In this document: in pieces, positions 26,710 to 36,576 of the stretch
How positions within the stretch are numbered: the stretch's first letter is position 1
How the letters are laid out: each line of letters begins with the position of its first letter
Source: Candidatus Latescibacterota bacterium
GTDB taxonomy: Bacteria > Latescibacterota > UBA2968
Length of the DNA stretch: 64,000 nt
Direction: 5' to 3'
Assembly (NCBI GenBank): GCA_965222605.1
Contig: OZ244960.1
Span: 3,616,001 to 3,680,000 of the forward strand
Notes under the pieces: generated by a model
Told to the model about the DNA's origin: nothing
The model's input: only the letters and a program-made list of their open reading frames with translations
The model's database searches: none
Translations under genes and position numbers: made by a program

Positions 26710-29700
26710 ATGAATATTGGGAGAGTGTTACAGGGCGGACTGTTCACGAGCGATTTTCTCATAGATGCTGTCCAGGAGATGGACGAATGGCAGAGGTGGG
26801 ATGATGGGGCGGTACTTGAGACCGAACTTCAAAATATCTTCAATGCCTTCCCAATAGATCAGAAACCCAATGAAAGCCAGACTGAAGACGATATGATCTG
26901 GCCTATCCTCAACTGCCTCGGATGGAAAGCATACCTGCGGCAACAAAATTTGACGCCTCGTGGGCGTGATGATGTACCTGACGGCCTTTTGTTTGAGGAC
27001 GATGCACACAAGGCGCGTGCCAATGATTTCGCCGAGGAGTGGAGACGCTACGAGTGGGGCCTGGCAATTGTGGAATCCAAGCGGTGGAACCTGCCACTTG
27101 ACCGCCGATCTGCCCAGCGTACAACTGCGCCCTCAACACAGATGCTTCGTTATTTGCGTCGGGTGGATGAGTTGACCGAGGGCAAGTTGCGCTGGGGCAT
27201 ACTCACAAATGGCGCGCAGTGGCGGCTTTATTTTCAGGGGGCGCGGTCTGTTTCCGAGCAGTTTTTTGAGATAGATCTCGCGGCAGTGCTCGGTCCTGAA
27301 GGCAGTGCTTTTTCCGAGGATGAGCGACGCCACTGTTTGAAGTTGTTCGCGTTGTTTTTTGGGCGAGATGCGTTTCTGCCAGGTGCGGAGGATCCGCGTA
27401 CCTTTCACGAGCGCGTGCTCGATGAGGGGCGGTTCTATCAAGAGCGCGTGGCGAACAGTCTATCCGGGGTGGTCTTTTCTCGAGTCTTTCCCAATTTGGC
27501 CCGTGCTATTGCTGATGCTGCGCCAAATGCGCCCTTGTCAGAGGTGCGTGATGCCGCCCTGGTGTTGCTCTATCGCCTGCTTTTTATTTTATATGCCGAG
27601 GATCGCAACCTGCTACCGGTGCGCGATGATCGTTATGATGATTACGGTTTGCGCCGGGTACGCGATGATATTGGGAAGCGCAAAGCACAAGGTGATGTGT
27701 TCTCCGAGACCGCTGCACGCTATTATCCGGCTGTTGATGACCTTTGCCGCGCCATTGATGAGGGGGATTCCTCCATTGGTCTGCCACCGTATAACGGCGG
27801 CCTGTTCGACCGGAAAAGTACACCCCTTTTGGCTCAGATTAAGCTGGGCGATCAGGTGATGGCCGATGTTATTGATGCGCTTTCATTTGAGGGTGGGCGG
27901 TATATCAATTACCGCGACTTGAGCGTTGAGCAACTGGGGTCGATTTACGAGCGATTGCTCGAACACGAGGTCGTGCGCGAAGGGGACGAGATTGTGGTGC
28001 GTCCGAATGTGTTTGCGCGGAAGGGGTCGGGTAGTTATTACACGCCGGATGCTCTCGTGCGCCTGATTCTCAAGGAGACGGTTGAGCCGTTGGTGCAGGC
28101 ACGTATGGATGCTTTTGCCAAGCAGGTTGAAGAGATCGTGGGTAGTAGCGCGAGCGAGGGGTTTAAGCGAAAGGCACTCGCGCAAGTTGATCCGGCAGAG
28201 AAATTACTCGATCTGAAAATTTGCGATCCGGCAATGGGATCGGGGCACTTTTTGGTCAGTTTGGTGGATTATCTTTCCGACTACGTCATTGCAGCAATGG
28301 CCGAAGTAGATAGCGCGGGCTATGTTTCGCCACTGACTGAGCGCATTGATGCTATTCGCCAGACGATCTTGTCCAATGCCAAACAGCGCGAGTGGGCCAT
28401 AGACGAGGCACAACTCGATGACCGGCACATTGTGCGACGCATGGTGCTCAAGCGGTGCGTTTATGGGGTGGATAAAAATTCGATGGCAGTGGAACTGGCT
28501 AAGGTGTCGCTGTGGCTGCACACATTCACTGCGGGCGCGCCGCTGAGTTTTTTGGATCATCATCTGCGGTGTGGCGATAGTTTGTTTGGGTGCTGGGTTA
28601 GTCAGGGTATTAATAAGGCCATGGAAGAGGGTAGTCCCCTGTTTTTGAATGAGCCAATACAGCGGGCAACGGGGGCCGCACAAGCGATGCAGTTGATTGA
28701 GGAATTGACCGATGCAGAGATTGAGGAGGCCGGGCGTTCTGCGGAATTGTTTGCGGATATGCAGGCGGGCACGCAGCCATTGGATGCGTTTTTGTCGCTG
28801 ATTCACGCATTAGAGTGGTTGGATGTGCGGGGCAAGGAGGATAAGATCATCCTTCGCGCTTTTTTTGATAGCCTGTTCGGCAATCCCGTGGAGATTGCGG
28901 CAGGGACGGTTGAGGTGCGGATGGATGTGCCGGGGGCAGAGCGATTTGTGGAATTGCTGACTGAAGCGCGTGAACAGATTGCCCAAGAGGGCTTTATGAA
29001 CTGGCAGGTGGCGTTTCCCGGTGTTTGGCAAGATTGGCGATCTGCTACACCGCGTGGCGGCTTTGATGCGGTGATCGGCAATCCGCCGTGGGACAAGGTG
29101 AAGTTGCAACAAGTGGAGTGGTTTGCGGCGCGACGGCCTGAGATTGCTCTCGCCCAACGCGCGGCAGATCGCAAGCGTATGATTGGGGCATTGCAGAAGT
29201 CCGGCGATCCGCTATTCGCCGAGTTCGAACGAGCAGATGAACGCGCCAAGTCCGCGGGGCGCGTAGCGCGCAAATGGGGCGACTATCCCTTCTTAGCGCG
29301 TGGCGACATTAACCTGTATTCGCTGTTTGTGGAGCGGGCAATGGCACTGGTGAAGGAGGATGGCGTGGTAGGCTTGCTAACACCTTCGGGTATTGCCTCT
29401 GACAAGACAGCCGCGCCGTTCTTCCATTCGGTTTCGACAGAGGGACGATTGCGGGCGTTGTACGATTTTGAGAACCGCCGCACACGCTACACTGTGCCAC
29501 CATTTTTCCCAGATGTGGATAGCCGTTTCAAGTTCTGCGCGTTTGTGGCAAGTCCATCGCCAACTACTGATCCCGCCCGCTGCGCTTTCTTCCTTCAGGA
29601 TGTTGCGGAATTGGAAGACGAGAATAGCTGCTTCTCTCTGACGGCAGAGGATTTTGCCAGCGTCAATCCCAACACCGGCACTGCGCCCATTTTTCGCCTT

Positions 29701-30729
29701 CGCAGAGACGCGGAACTAACGACCACGATTTATCGCCATTTGCCTGTACTCGTGAATCGCTCGGCAGGTGAGGAAGTCAAGGCTTGGCCGGTGAGATACT
29801 CAACGATGTTTCACATGACCAATGACTCACACCTATTCCGCACGCGGGGGGAATTAGAAGATAATGAAGGTGCGTATCCTCTCGGAGGCAATCGCTTCAA
29901 CAGTTCGAGCGGAGAGTGGGTTCCGCTATACGAAGGTAAGATGGTACAGGCTTATGATCATCGCGCTGCTAACATAGTCGTCAACCCACAGAATCGTCAT
30001 CGCCCGGCACAGCCCGTACCGGCGACACTGGAGCAACATGAGAATGCGGATTGGCTGCCCGACCCTCAGTTTTGGGTGGCGCACTCTCAGATTCCGGCTG
30101 AAGATTTCGAATGGTGGATTGGTTGGAAAGACGTAACGGCTCCTACCAATGTTCGAACAGTCATTGCCTCAATCATACCGCAATCAGGCGTTGGTAATAC
30201 GTTCCCTGTGTTGCTCCCATTAGAGAATCCCGACGCATATGCAATGGCTGCATCACTCCTTCTGGCAAATCTGAACGCGATTCCCTTCGATTATGTCGCC
30301 CGTCAGAAGGTTCAAGGCCAGCATCTCAATTGGTACATTGTCGAACAACTCCCCGTCGTCCCGCCCGACCAATACGAGTCCACCCACTTCGGCCCTAAAA
30401 TCGCCGCCGAAATCGTCCGCGATGCTGTTCTCGAACTCACCTACACCGCCCATGACATGGCTCCCTTCGCCCGCGATCTCGGCTACGAAGGCCCGCCCTT
30501 CCAATGGGACGAGAATCGCCGTCTCCACCTCAGGGCCAAACTCGATGCCTTGTTCTTCCACCTCTACGGCATCACTGACCGAGACGACATCCGCTACATC
30601 TATTCCACTTTTCCCATCGTCGAGCGTCAGGAAACCGCCTCCCATGGCCGCTACCTCTCCCGCGATCTCTGCCTCGCATGGATGAACGCCCTCACCGCTG
30701 GGGATCCGGATGCGGAGATCGCACTATAA
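26710..30729 (+). CDS. Type IIG (Eco57I-like) fused restriction endonuclease / N6-adenine methyltransferase
   Basis: PDGLLF..VESK nuclease, GILTNG, GSYYTP, DPAMGSGHF (motif I), GNPPW (motif IV), PLYEGKM. Confidence 0.92.
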   Translation: MNIGRVLQGGLFTSDFLIDAVQEMDEWQRWDDGAVLETELQNIFNAFPIDQKPNESQTEDDMIWPILNCLGWKAYLRQQNLTPRGRDDVPDGLLFEDDAHKARANDFAEEWRRYEWGLAIVESKRWNLPLDRRSAQRTTAPSTQMLRYLRRVDELTEGKLRWGILTNGAQWRLYFQGARSVSEQFFEIDLAAVLGPEGSAFSEDERRHCLKLFALFFGRDAFLPGAEDPRTFHERVLDEGRFYQERVANSLSGVVFSRVFPNLARAIADAAPNAPLSEVRDAALVLLYRLLFILYAEDRNLLPVRDDRYDDYGLRRVRDDIGKRKAQGDVFSETAARYYPAVDDLCRAIDEGDSSIGLPPYNGGLFDRKSTPLLAQIKLGDQVMADVIDALSFEGGRYINYRDLSVEQLGSIYERLLEHEVVREGDEIVVRPNVFARKGSGSYYTPDALVRLILKETVEPLVQARMDAFAKQVEEIVGSSASEGFKRKALAQVDPAEKLLDLKICDPAMGSGHFLVSLVDYLSDYVIAAMAEVDSAGYVSPLTERIDAIRQTILSNAKQREWAIDEAQLDDRHIVRRMVLKRCVYGVDKNSMAVELAKVSLWLHTFTAGAPLSFLDHHLRCGDSLFGCWVSQGINKAMEEGSPLFLNEPIQRATGAAQAMQLIEELTDAEIEEAGRSAELFADMQAGTQPLDAFLSLIHALEWLDVRGKEDKIILRAFFDSLFGNPVEIAAGTVEVRMDVPGAERFVELLTEAREQIAQEGFMNWQVAFPGVWQDWRSATPRGGFDAVIGNPPWDKVKLQQVEWFAARRPEIALAQRAADRKRMIGALQKSGDPLFAEFERADERAKSAGRVARKWGDYPFLARGDINLYSLFVERAMALVKEDGVVGLLTPSGIASDKTAAPFFHSVSTEGRLRALYDFENRRTRYTVPPFFPDVDSRFKFCAFVASPSPTTDPARCAFFLQDVAELEDENSCFSLTAEDFASVNPNTGTAPIFRLRRDAELTTTIYRHLPVLVNRSAGEEVKAWPVRYSTMFHMTNDSHLFRTRGELEDNEGAYPLGGNRFNSSSGEWVPLYEGKMVQAYDHRAANIVVNPQNRHRPAQPVPATLEQHENADWLPDPQFWVAHSQIPAEDFEWWIGWKDVTAPTNVRTVIASIIPQSGVGNTFPVLLPLENPDAYAMAASLLLANLNAIPFDYVARQKVQGQHLNWYIVEQLPVVPPDQYESTHFGPKIAAEIVRDAVLELTYTAHDMAPFARDLGYEGPPFQWDENRRLHLRAKLDALFFHLYGITDRDDIRYIYSTFPIVERQETASHGRYLSRDLCLAWMNALTAGDPDAEIAL

Positions 30730-30791
30730 TTTATCCGCAGATGGTGAAATTGAGGGATCAGTGACGGGGAGTGTGAAAAGGAGATTGTATT

Positions 30792-32177
30792 ATGAGTGAT
30801 GAAAAGCCTGAAAATGGGAAAAAGAGATCGCTGAGTCGTTGGGGCCGAGCCGTTTTGAGGAGGGGGAAGATACAGGTTAGTCGGTTGCTCCGCGCCATTA
30901 TGGATAGACGGTTTTGGAGGGTTTGGTTCGGGCGAATCAAGTGGTTTATCCTTGTTACAGTCAAGTGGGTTGCCTTTATCATAGTATTCTGTATATGGCC
31001 GATAGGGTTGTTGGTTCTTTTGTATGAACTCATAGTCTGTTTATTTCCATCGTTGGCTGATTTATTATCTCCATCTTTGACTGACTTATTTCCCAGTTTG
31101 AAAGACTTGTTTAACCGCGAAGCTGACCCGGATGCAGACCTGTTCAGTCGTGTGCGCGTGAACATGGTGATCCTAACAGCGTGGGTTGGTGTGTTCTTTC
31201 TTGTCTGGCGCACGAGGATCGCGGACAAGCAAACGCAAATCAATCAAGAAAGCCACTACACCGAGCTTTTTACCAAAGCAGTGGAGCAGCTTGGCGCAGT
31301 TCGTGAGATACATGGCAAGGAGCCTGAACCTGCTATTGAGATACGGATCGGCGCAATCTATTCCTTGGAGCGGCTTGCGAAGGACAGCGAGCGCGATTAT
31401 GGCCCCATCATTGAAACACTCGCCGCCTATATCCGCGAGCACTGTCGCGATCCAGAATCTTTTGATGATAAGAAATTGAGCGAAGATGAGTTAAAGCAGG
31501 CGCGGCAGAAATGGATTGATTCGCTACGTAAAAATCCTCCAGTGAACCGCTCCGATGTAGCAGCGGTCCTGACGGTACTGAGCCGCCGGGAACAGAACCG
31601 ACACTGGACCAGCACGAGCGAAAATGAGACTCAACCCGACTTCACCGGGGCAAACTTTCAGAATACAATCCTATCGGCAGTTGATTTATCGGGCGCGAAA
31701 TTTTTAAGAGCCGATTTATCGGGCGCGAACCTTGAGAAAGCCAAACTGATTGGCGCGAACCTATCAGACGCGAACCTTCGGGAAGCCAAGCTTAAGGATG
31801 CGAACCTTGCGGTAGTAGATCTATTCTACGCGGACCTTAGGCAAGCTAAGCTATCAGGCGCGAACCTTCAGGAAGCTAAACTAGTTGGTGCGAATATTGA
31901 GAAAGCTAAACTGATTGACGCGAACCTTCAGGAAGCCGAGCTTGAGGGTGCGAACCTTGCGGGGGCCGAGCTTGAGAACGCACTTCTTGTCGGAGCACAG
32001 CTTAAAGACGTGAAAGGTTTAACGGACGAGATGCTCGAAAAAACAATAGGGGCCGAAAATACTCTTTTGCCCGATGGTCTGTCTCGGCCTGCAAGCTGGG
32101 GAAGTCGGGAGGATGCGATTAAAAAATGGGAGACTTTTCTGAAAGGAAAATGGCAGGCTATTTGGGAGGGAGAATAG
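30792..32177 (+). CDS. membrane-anchored pentapeptide repeat protein
   Basis: N-terminal TM segments, FTKAVEQLG..RIGAIYSLERLA, A(D/N)LxxA repeats. Confidence 0.9.
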   Translation: MSDEKPENGKKRSLSRWGRAVLRRGKIQVSRLLRAIMDRRFWRVWFGRIKWFILVTVKWVAFIIVFCIWPIGLLVLLYELIVCLFPSLADLLSPSLTDLFPSLKDLFNREADPDADLFSRVRVNMVILTAWVGVFFLVWRTRIADKQTQINQESHYTELFTKAVEQLGAVREIHGKEPEPAIEIRIGAIYSLERLAKDSERDYGPIIETLAAYIREHCRDPESFDDKKLSEDELKQARQKWIDSLRKNPPVNRSDVAAVLTVLSRREQNRHWTSTSENETQPDFTGANFQNTILSAVDLSGAKFLRADLSGANLEKAKLIGANLSDANLREAKLKDANLAVVDLFYADLRQAKLSGANLQEAKLVGANIEKAKLIDANLQEAELEGANLAGAELENALLVGAQLKDVKGLTDEMLEKTIGAENTLLPDGLSRPASWGSREDAIKKWETFLKGKWQAIWEGE

Positions 32178-32284
32178 CGCAGGTTCCGCCAGTCTATGGG
32201 CACCATCTATGATGATTGATGACCGCAAGTTAAAAAAAGGAGACATGGATTAAATCCGTGTCTCCTTGAGTTCTAAAAAATAGG

Positions 32285-32313
32285 TTGACGTCATTGTTTA
32301 TATAGAATAATTT
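32285..32313 (+). promoter_or_regulatory. sigma70-type promoter
   Basis: TTGACG, 17-bp spacer, TAATTT. Confidence 0.55.
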
Positions 32314-32319
32314 GTTCAG

Positions 32320-32412
32320 TAACAGGACCCATCGAACCGTCGCCCGTATAGGGAATTAACGTGTGTTCGATTGTTTTTATCCCAGGGACGCCAGGTGCGT
32401 CCCTGTTTTTTT
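32320..32412 (+). ncRNA. candidate small leader RNA (hairpin plus terminator) upstream of an NYN fragment
   Basis: ATCGAAC..GTTCGAT stem, then CAGGGACGC..GCGTCCCTG and T7. Confidence 0.45.
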
Positions 32413-32421
32413 GGAGATACT

Positions 32422-32556
32422 ATGTCAGAAGACAGTTTAGCCACCCCTCAACGCTACAGAGTAAGGATATTTGTGGACTTTTGGAACTTCATTCTTTTAA
32501 ACGCTGGGCTTATCAATCGCGGCCAACGCCGTAGAGAGAACGCAAAATCGGGTTGA
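32422..32556 (+). pseudogene. truncated NYN RNase, 5' fragment
   Basis: RBS GGAG; MSEDSLATPQRYRVRIFVDFWNF, then sequence without NYN character and a stop. Confidence 0.6.
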
Positions 32557-32654
32557 CACTACTGGGTGTATTGGGATATATTTTTTAGCACAGGACGACA
32601 CCTGACAAGTTGTGATTACAGATATTTCTATGTTAGGATAAAACAAAATAAACT

Positions 32655-32804
32655 ATGGCTACGAATCCGGTTGCAAACGCGAGACTGCCCGCCAAGATGA
32701 CGCCGCTTTGGGTCATTTCTCTCTTCTTGTCTCTCACCGAAGTTATTGCGGGAATCGCCGCCACTCAGACGACGGGCAATCTCCAGGCTGCATTCGTATG
32801 GTGA
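32655..32804 (+). pseudogene. short or truncated membrane protein fragment
   Basis: MATNPVANARLPAKMTPLWVISLFLSLTEVIAGIAATQTTGNLQAAFVW*; hydrophobic, stop 3 bp before the TIR gene. Confidence 0.4.
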
Positions 32805-32807
32805 CGC

Positions 32808-33128
32808 ATGATATTCATCTGTTACTCCTGGCGTGACGCCGAAGTTGTCCATTATGTGACAAAGCAATTGTCAGGTATGGGCCGCGATGTGTGGATTGAT
32901 TCCGAGCATCTCAATCTGGATGCACCTATGGATGATCAAATTCGCCAGGCTCTTCGCAAATCTTCGAGCGTACTTCTTTTTGATTCGCCAAATTCTCGGA
33001 GTTCAGAATGGGTCAAACGTGAGTTAGCCTGGGCTAAAGGCGCGGGAATAGATATTGTGAATTGGCCGATTGAGAATGCCGAGGAACGACTTAAATGGCC
33101 TAACCAGGCACTGCAAGCGCCGATTTAA
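32808..33128 (+). CDS. stand-alone TIR domain protein
   Basis: IFICYS..D, VWID, SPNSRSSEWVKRE with catalytic-position Glu. Confidence 0.85.
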   Translation: MIFICYSWRDAEVVHYVTKQLSGMGRDVWIDSEHLNLDAPMDDQIRQALRKSSSVLLFDSPNSRSSEWVKRELAWAKGAGIDIVNWPIENAEERLKWPNQALQAPI

Positions 33129-33261
33129 TAAGGCATTGGATATGGCGAAGGTTGCCATAAAAAAACTAAAAAAGGAGATACTGGCCGGTGTCTCCTTTCT
33201 ACATTTCATCTTCTCTTTCAGTGCATGTCCTTGGGCTTTTGGCACGCACATCTGGACGCGA

Positions 33262-33558
33262 TTAGTCTCCGTTGCTGCGCTTGCCAAACATGTAGCCCAA
33301 TATTAGTGTCACCAGGGGGACGATAATTTCCCAGTACTCTTTTGGAGTCACGCTAAGCGTATTGGGATCTTCATAGGGTAGCAATATCATTACGATCCCG
33401 GATAGCAATAGTACAATGAGCACAAGCCCTGAGACATTGGATGGGGCGTTTGCTTTGTTGCCAAAAAATTTGCCCAACCAACCCGATTCAAGTTCCATTT
33501 TCTTAGCGACGAGTACAATAGAGGGATCTTGGTCGTTGAATTGTCTTTGTTCGGACAT
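33262..33558 (-). CDS. small two-TM hypothetical protein
   Basis: GWLGKFFG..NAPSN, two hydrophobic helices; coupled to the upstream gene. Confidence 0.7.
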   Translation of the reverse strand: MSEQRQFNDQDPSIVLVAKKMELESGWLGKFFGNKANAPSNVSGLVLIVLLLSGIVMILLPYEDPNTLSVTPKEYWEIIVPLVTLILGYMFGKRSNGD

Positions 33559-33797
33559 TAGACATCCTCATCAGGGAAAAGGCCAAGAGGTCCGAGCGCG
33601 TGTTGGGTTATGTATCCGCAGTTCCGACACGCGATAATCGCGATGGGGACGTAACCTCCATTATTCTTCCGATTATCGCCTACAGGGATTTCTGATTCGC
33701 CAGCAAAGGTGAACTTGGAATTACCGCACATTGGGCAGGGTTCATCAACTCCTCGGTCTTTAAGCCCTTTTAAGATTTGCTTTTTTCTTGGAGTCAT
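33558..33797 (-). CDS. small zinc-ribbon protein
   Basis: CPMCG..CRNCGY; RBS AAGGATAGG. Confidence 0.7.
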   Translation of the reverse strand: MTPRKKQILKGLKDRGVDEPCPMCGNSKFTFAGESEIPVGDNRKNNGGYVPIAIIACRNCGYITQHALGPLGLFPDEDV

Positions 33798-33938
33798 CGC
33801 CTATCCTTTCCATTGAGCATTATGAATGTGATACAAATGACAACTAACCAAATTATGGCGGATTTCGCCCAAGATGTCAACAGGTGAAAAAAATAAGAGA
33901 TACCAAGCGGTATCTCCTTTTTTTTGTACGATGGTAGA

Positions 33939-34700
33939 TCAGGTGCGGATTTCTCGAAGGATATGGCGGCAGCCGTAGAGGTAGATGCCCGTGTCAACAG
34001 AGAGCGAGATGTAGCCCACGCCCGCGTCGATCCAGCGGTTGGCGGCTTCGGGGGAGTCGGCAAATGTGCCGACGGTGAGTCCGGCGTCGTTGATTAAGTT
34101 TGCGGCTTCGCGCATTCGGTCAACCACGCGCGGGTCGTTGACCTGGCCGGGGATGCCGAGAGATTGCGAGAGGTCATAAGGTCCCAGGAAGATAACGTCG
34201 AGGCCTGGAACTGAGATGATTTCTTCGAGGTTTTCAAGACCTTCTACGCCTTCGATGTGGATGAGTATCATCGATGAGGCATTGAGGCGTTCAAAGATGG
34301 CGCCACCATCTGCAAAATAACGGGCTGCTCGGGTATAGGGTGAGACACCCCGCATGCCCAGCGGTGAATATTTGGCTGCCCGCACGACGGCTTCGGCATC
34401 GGCTTTGTTGCAGATTTGCGGCACCTGTACGCCGCCAGCCCCTATGTCGAGGGCGCGCAGGATCTGTGCGGGGTCATTTTCTCGAACTCTGACAATAGGC
34501 GTGATATCGACTCCGTGAGCAACGCGGCAGAGGTCTTCGCAGGTGGGAATGTCGAGCGGCCCGTGTTCGGTATCGAGGATGACAAAGTCAAATCCGCTGT
34601 ATGCCGCGATCTCGATGAGTGCGCCAGAGCTGATATTGACGAAAGGTCCGATGGCAACGTCGCCGTTGGAGAGTTTGTCTTTGAGCAGGTTGTCGGCCAT
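33939..34700 (-). CDS. HpcH/HpaI aldolase family protein
   Basis: FDFVILDTEHG, KYSPLGMRG, FLGPYDLSQSLG. Confidence 0.92.
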   Translation of the reverse strand: MADNLLKDKLSNGDVAIGPFVNISSGALIEIAAYSGFDFVILDTEHGPLDIPTCEDLCRVAHGVDITPIVRVRENDPAQILRALDIGAGGVQVPQICNKADAEAVVRAAKYSPLGMRGVSPYTRAARYFADGGAIFERLNASSMILIHIEGVEGLENLEEIISVPGLDVIFLGPYDLSQSLGIPGQVNDPRVVDRMREAANLINDAGLTVGTFADSPEAANRWIDAGVGYISLSVDTGIYLYGCRHILREIRT

Positions 34701-34741
34701 ATTAGAACTCCTGTTAAAATAAAGAATTTGAACGGTAAAAC

Positions 34742-36031
34742 TTACACGCCTGTAAAAGACCTATCATTCGTGTTTTCGCACCATGCACGCAGGCGGCGGC
34801 GATGATCGTCGAGTTCATTTTTGAAGCATGTGTTGACGGCGAGGTTGACCATTTCGCCGGGGTCGTCCTGAAGATCGACCAGTTGTTCGCGGTGGCGGCC
34901 CATGGGAAAGGCGCTGTATTTGTAGCGGTCGGTGAGTACGGCGCGCGAAGCACCGCTACCGCCTGGACCAGAACCGAGGTCGATGATGGTTTCAACGACG
35001 AGATCGTCGCGCCATTCGCCGGATGTGTTGCCCTCTGCGAGAGACCGCAGGCTCAGACCGTCGAGGCCGTCGGGAATGCTCGCACCGCCTACGTCGCACA
35101 CTGTGGGCAGCAGGTCGAGGCCGAGGGATACGAGGTGCGTGTTGTTGACGCCGCCGGGTTGTGTGACGCCCTTGTGGCTGATGATGAATGGGATGTTGAT
35201 GACTTCTTCGTAGAGGCTGGTTTTTTGATTCCAATTGTGTGCGCCGTGTCCGTCGCCGTGATCTGAGGTGAAGATGATATATGTGTTTTCTTCGAGGCCC
35301 AGGTTGCGTAAGCCGTTGAGGAGGACGCCGATTTCGGCATCGACTTTTTCGCACAGGCGGTAATAGAGGAAGCGGAGGCGTCGCCAGTCGTCTTCGGTGT
35401 ATTCGATGGTGGGATAGACGCGGCGGTTGGCCTGTCGCAGCATTTGCAAGATGTCGGGTGAATAGGGTGGGATGGCGAAGTTTGCGGGCAGGTTCGGACA
35501 TTCTTCTACAGTTGCGGGTTCTGGCACAGGACCTTGTGGGAGAGGCTGACTGCGGGCGACCTGGCAGATGTCGTGGGGATTGAGGAATGACGCGATGAGG
35601 AAGAAGGGGTTGTCGCGGTCGCGTTTCATAAATTCGATGGCGCGAAGGGGCACTTCGTCATCGCGGTTGCCGCAGATGACTTCGAGGCCGCTTTCTTCAG
35701 GTGTGGTGCCTGGGACGTGCCATTTGCCCGAGAGGGCACAATCGTAGTCCGCGTTTTTGAGAAAGTTGCCGAGGGTTTGGCCTTTGTATTCGGCTTTTAT
35801 TGGGGTGCCGTTGCTCGTCGCGCCGTTTTGATGGGGGTAGAGGCCCGTCATATAGCTGGCGCGCTGAGGACCGCACAGGGGATGCGTGCAATAGGCGCGG
35901 GTGAAGCGCACGCCGGTTTGGGCGAGGCTGTCCATATTTGGGGTATGCACGTCGGGGTTGCCCGCACAGGACATGGCCCCGGCGTATTGCTGATCGGTGA
36001 TGATGAAGAGGATATTGGGACGATCTGGCAT
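34742..36031 (-). CDS. sulfatase (choline-sulfatase-like)
   Basis: PNILFIITDQ, CGPQRAS, GKWH, SDHGD. Confidence 0.9.
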   Translation of the reverse strand: MPDRPNILFIITDQQYAGAMSCAGNPDVHTPNMDSLAQTGVRFTRAYCTHPLCGPQRASYMTGLYPHQNGATSNGTPIKAEYKGQTLGNFLKNADYDCALSGKWHVPGTTPEESGLEVICGNRDDEVPLRAIEFMKRDRDNPFFLIASFLNPHDICQVARSQPLPQGPVPEPATVEECPNLPANFAIPPYSPDILQMLRQANRRVYPTIEYTEDDWRRLRFLYYRLCEKVDAEIGVLLNGLRNLGLEENTYIIFTSDHGDGHGAHNWNQKTSLYEEVINIPFIISHKGVTQPGGVNNTHLVSLGLDLLPTVCDVGGASIPDGLDGLSLRSLAEGNTSGEWRDDLVVETIIDLGSGPGGSGASRAVLTDRYKYSAFPMGRHREQLVDLQDDPGEMVNLAVNTCFKNELDDHRRRLRAWCENTNDRSFTGV

Positions 36032-36090
36032 GAGATATCCTTTTTTGAAAGCGAGCCGTAGCTCGATGGTTTAAGTTGATCGCGTGTTTT

Positions 36091-36576
36091 TTAGGCTTGC
36101 ATTATTTCGACATGTTCCGCCAAATTTCTCTCGATAGCTTCTGATTTTGCAAATGAAAGAAATCTGGCTTCGTCTCTGAGTTGGGCGATAGGTATTTTCC
36201 GCTGGCCTAATTTTTGTCCAAAGAGTTTGAACCAGAACCATTTTTTCAGAACCAATCCCATGACATTTTTGGGGACTTTACCTGTGGTCCGCCATTTGGT
36301 TAGTGTGCTTCGATGAATGCCCAGATAATCTGCGATTTCTGAAAATGAGGTTTGAGTAATGTCGCACAAGAACTCCAGTTCTTCTTTGGTCAAGCCTTCT
36401 TCATTGCCACAGATTTCGTTGGCAATTGCGTAGTGAATGCGGTTGATCTCCGATTCGAGGATGGCGATTGTTCCGTCTGGCAATTCAGACAGATGAAACT
36501 CCGGGATGACCCAGGTCCGCCCAGCCGCTTGATAAGGGTATTTTTTTTTAATGAACGTTTTCATCGTTGTCTCCAT
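36091..36576 (-). CDS. XRE-HTH protein, MqsA-like antitoxin candidate
   Basis: GLTKEELEFL..SFSEIADYLGIHRSTLTKW HTH; overlaps upstream gene; start 36576 or 36564. Confidence 0.65.
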   Translation of the reverse strand: METTMKTFIKKKYPYQAAGRTWVIPEFHLSELPDGTIAILESEINRIHYAIANEICGNEEGLTKEELEFLCDITQTSFSEIADYLGIHRSTLTKWRTTGKVPKNVMGLVLKKWFWFKLFGQKLGQRKIPIAQLRDEARFLSFAKSEAIERNLAEHVEIMQA

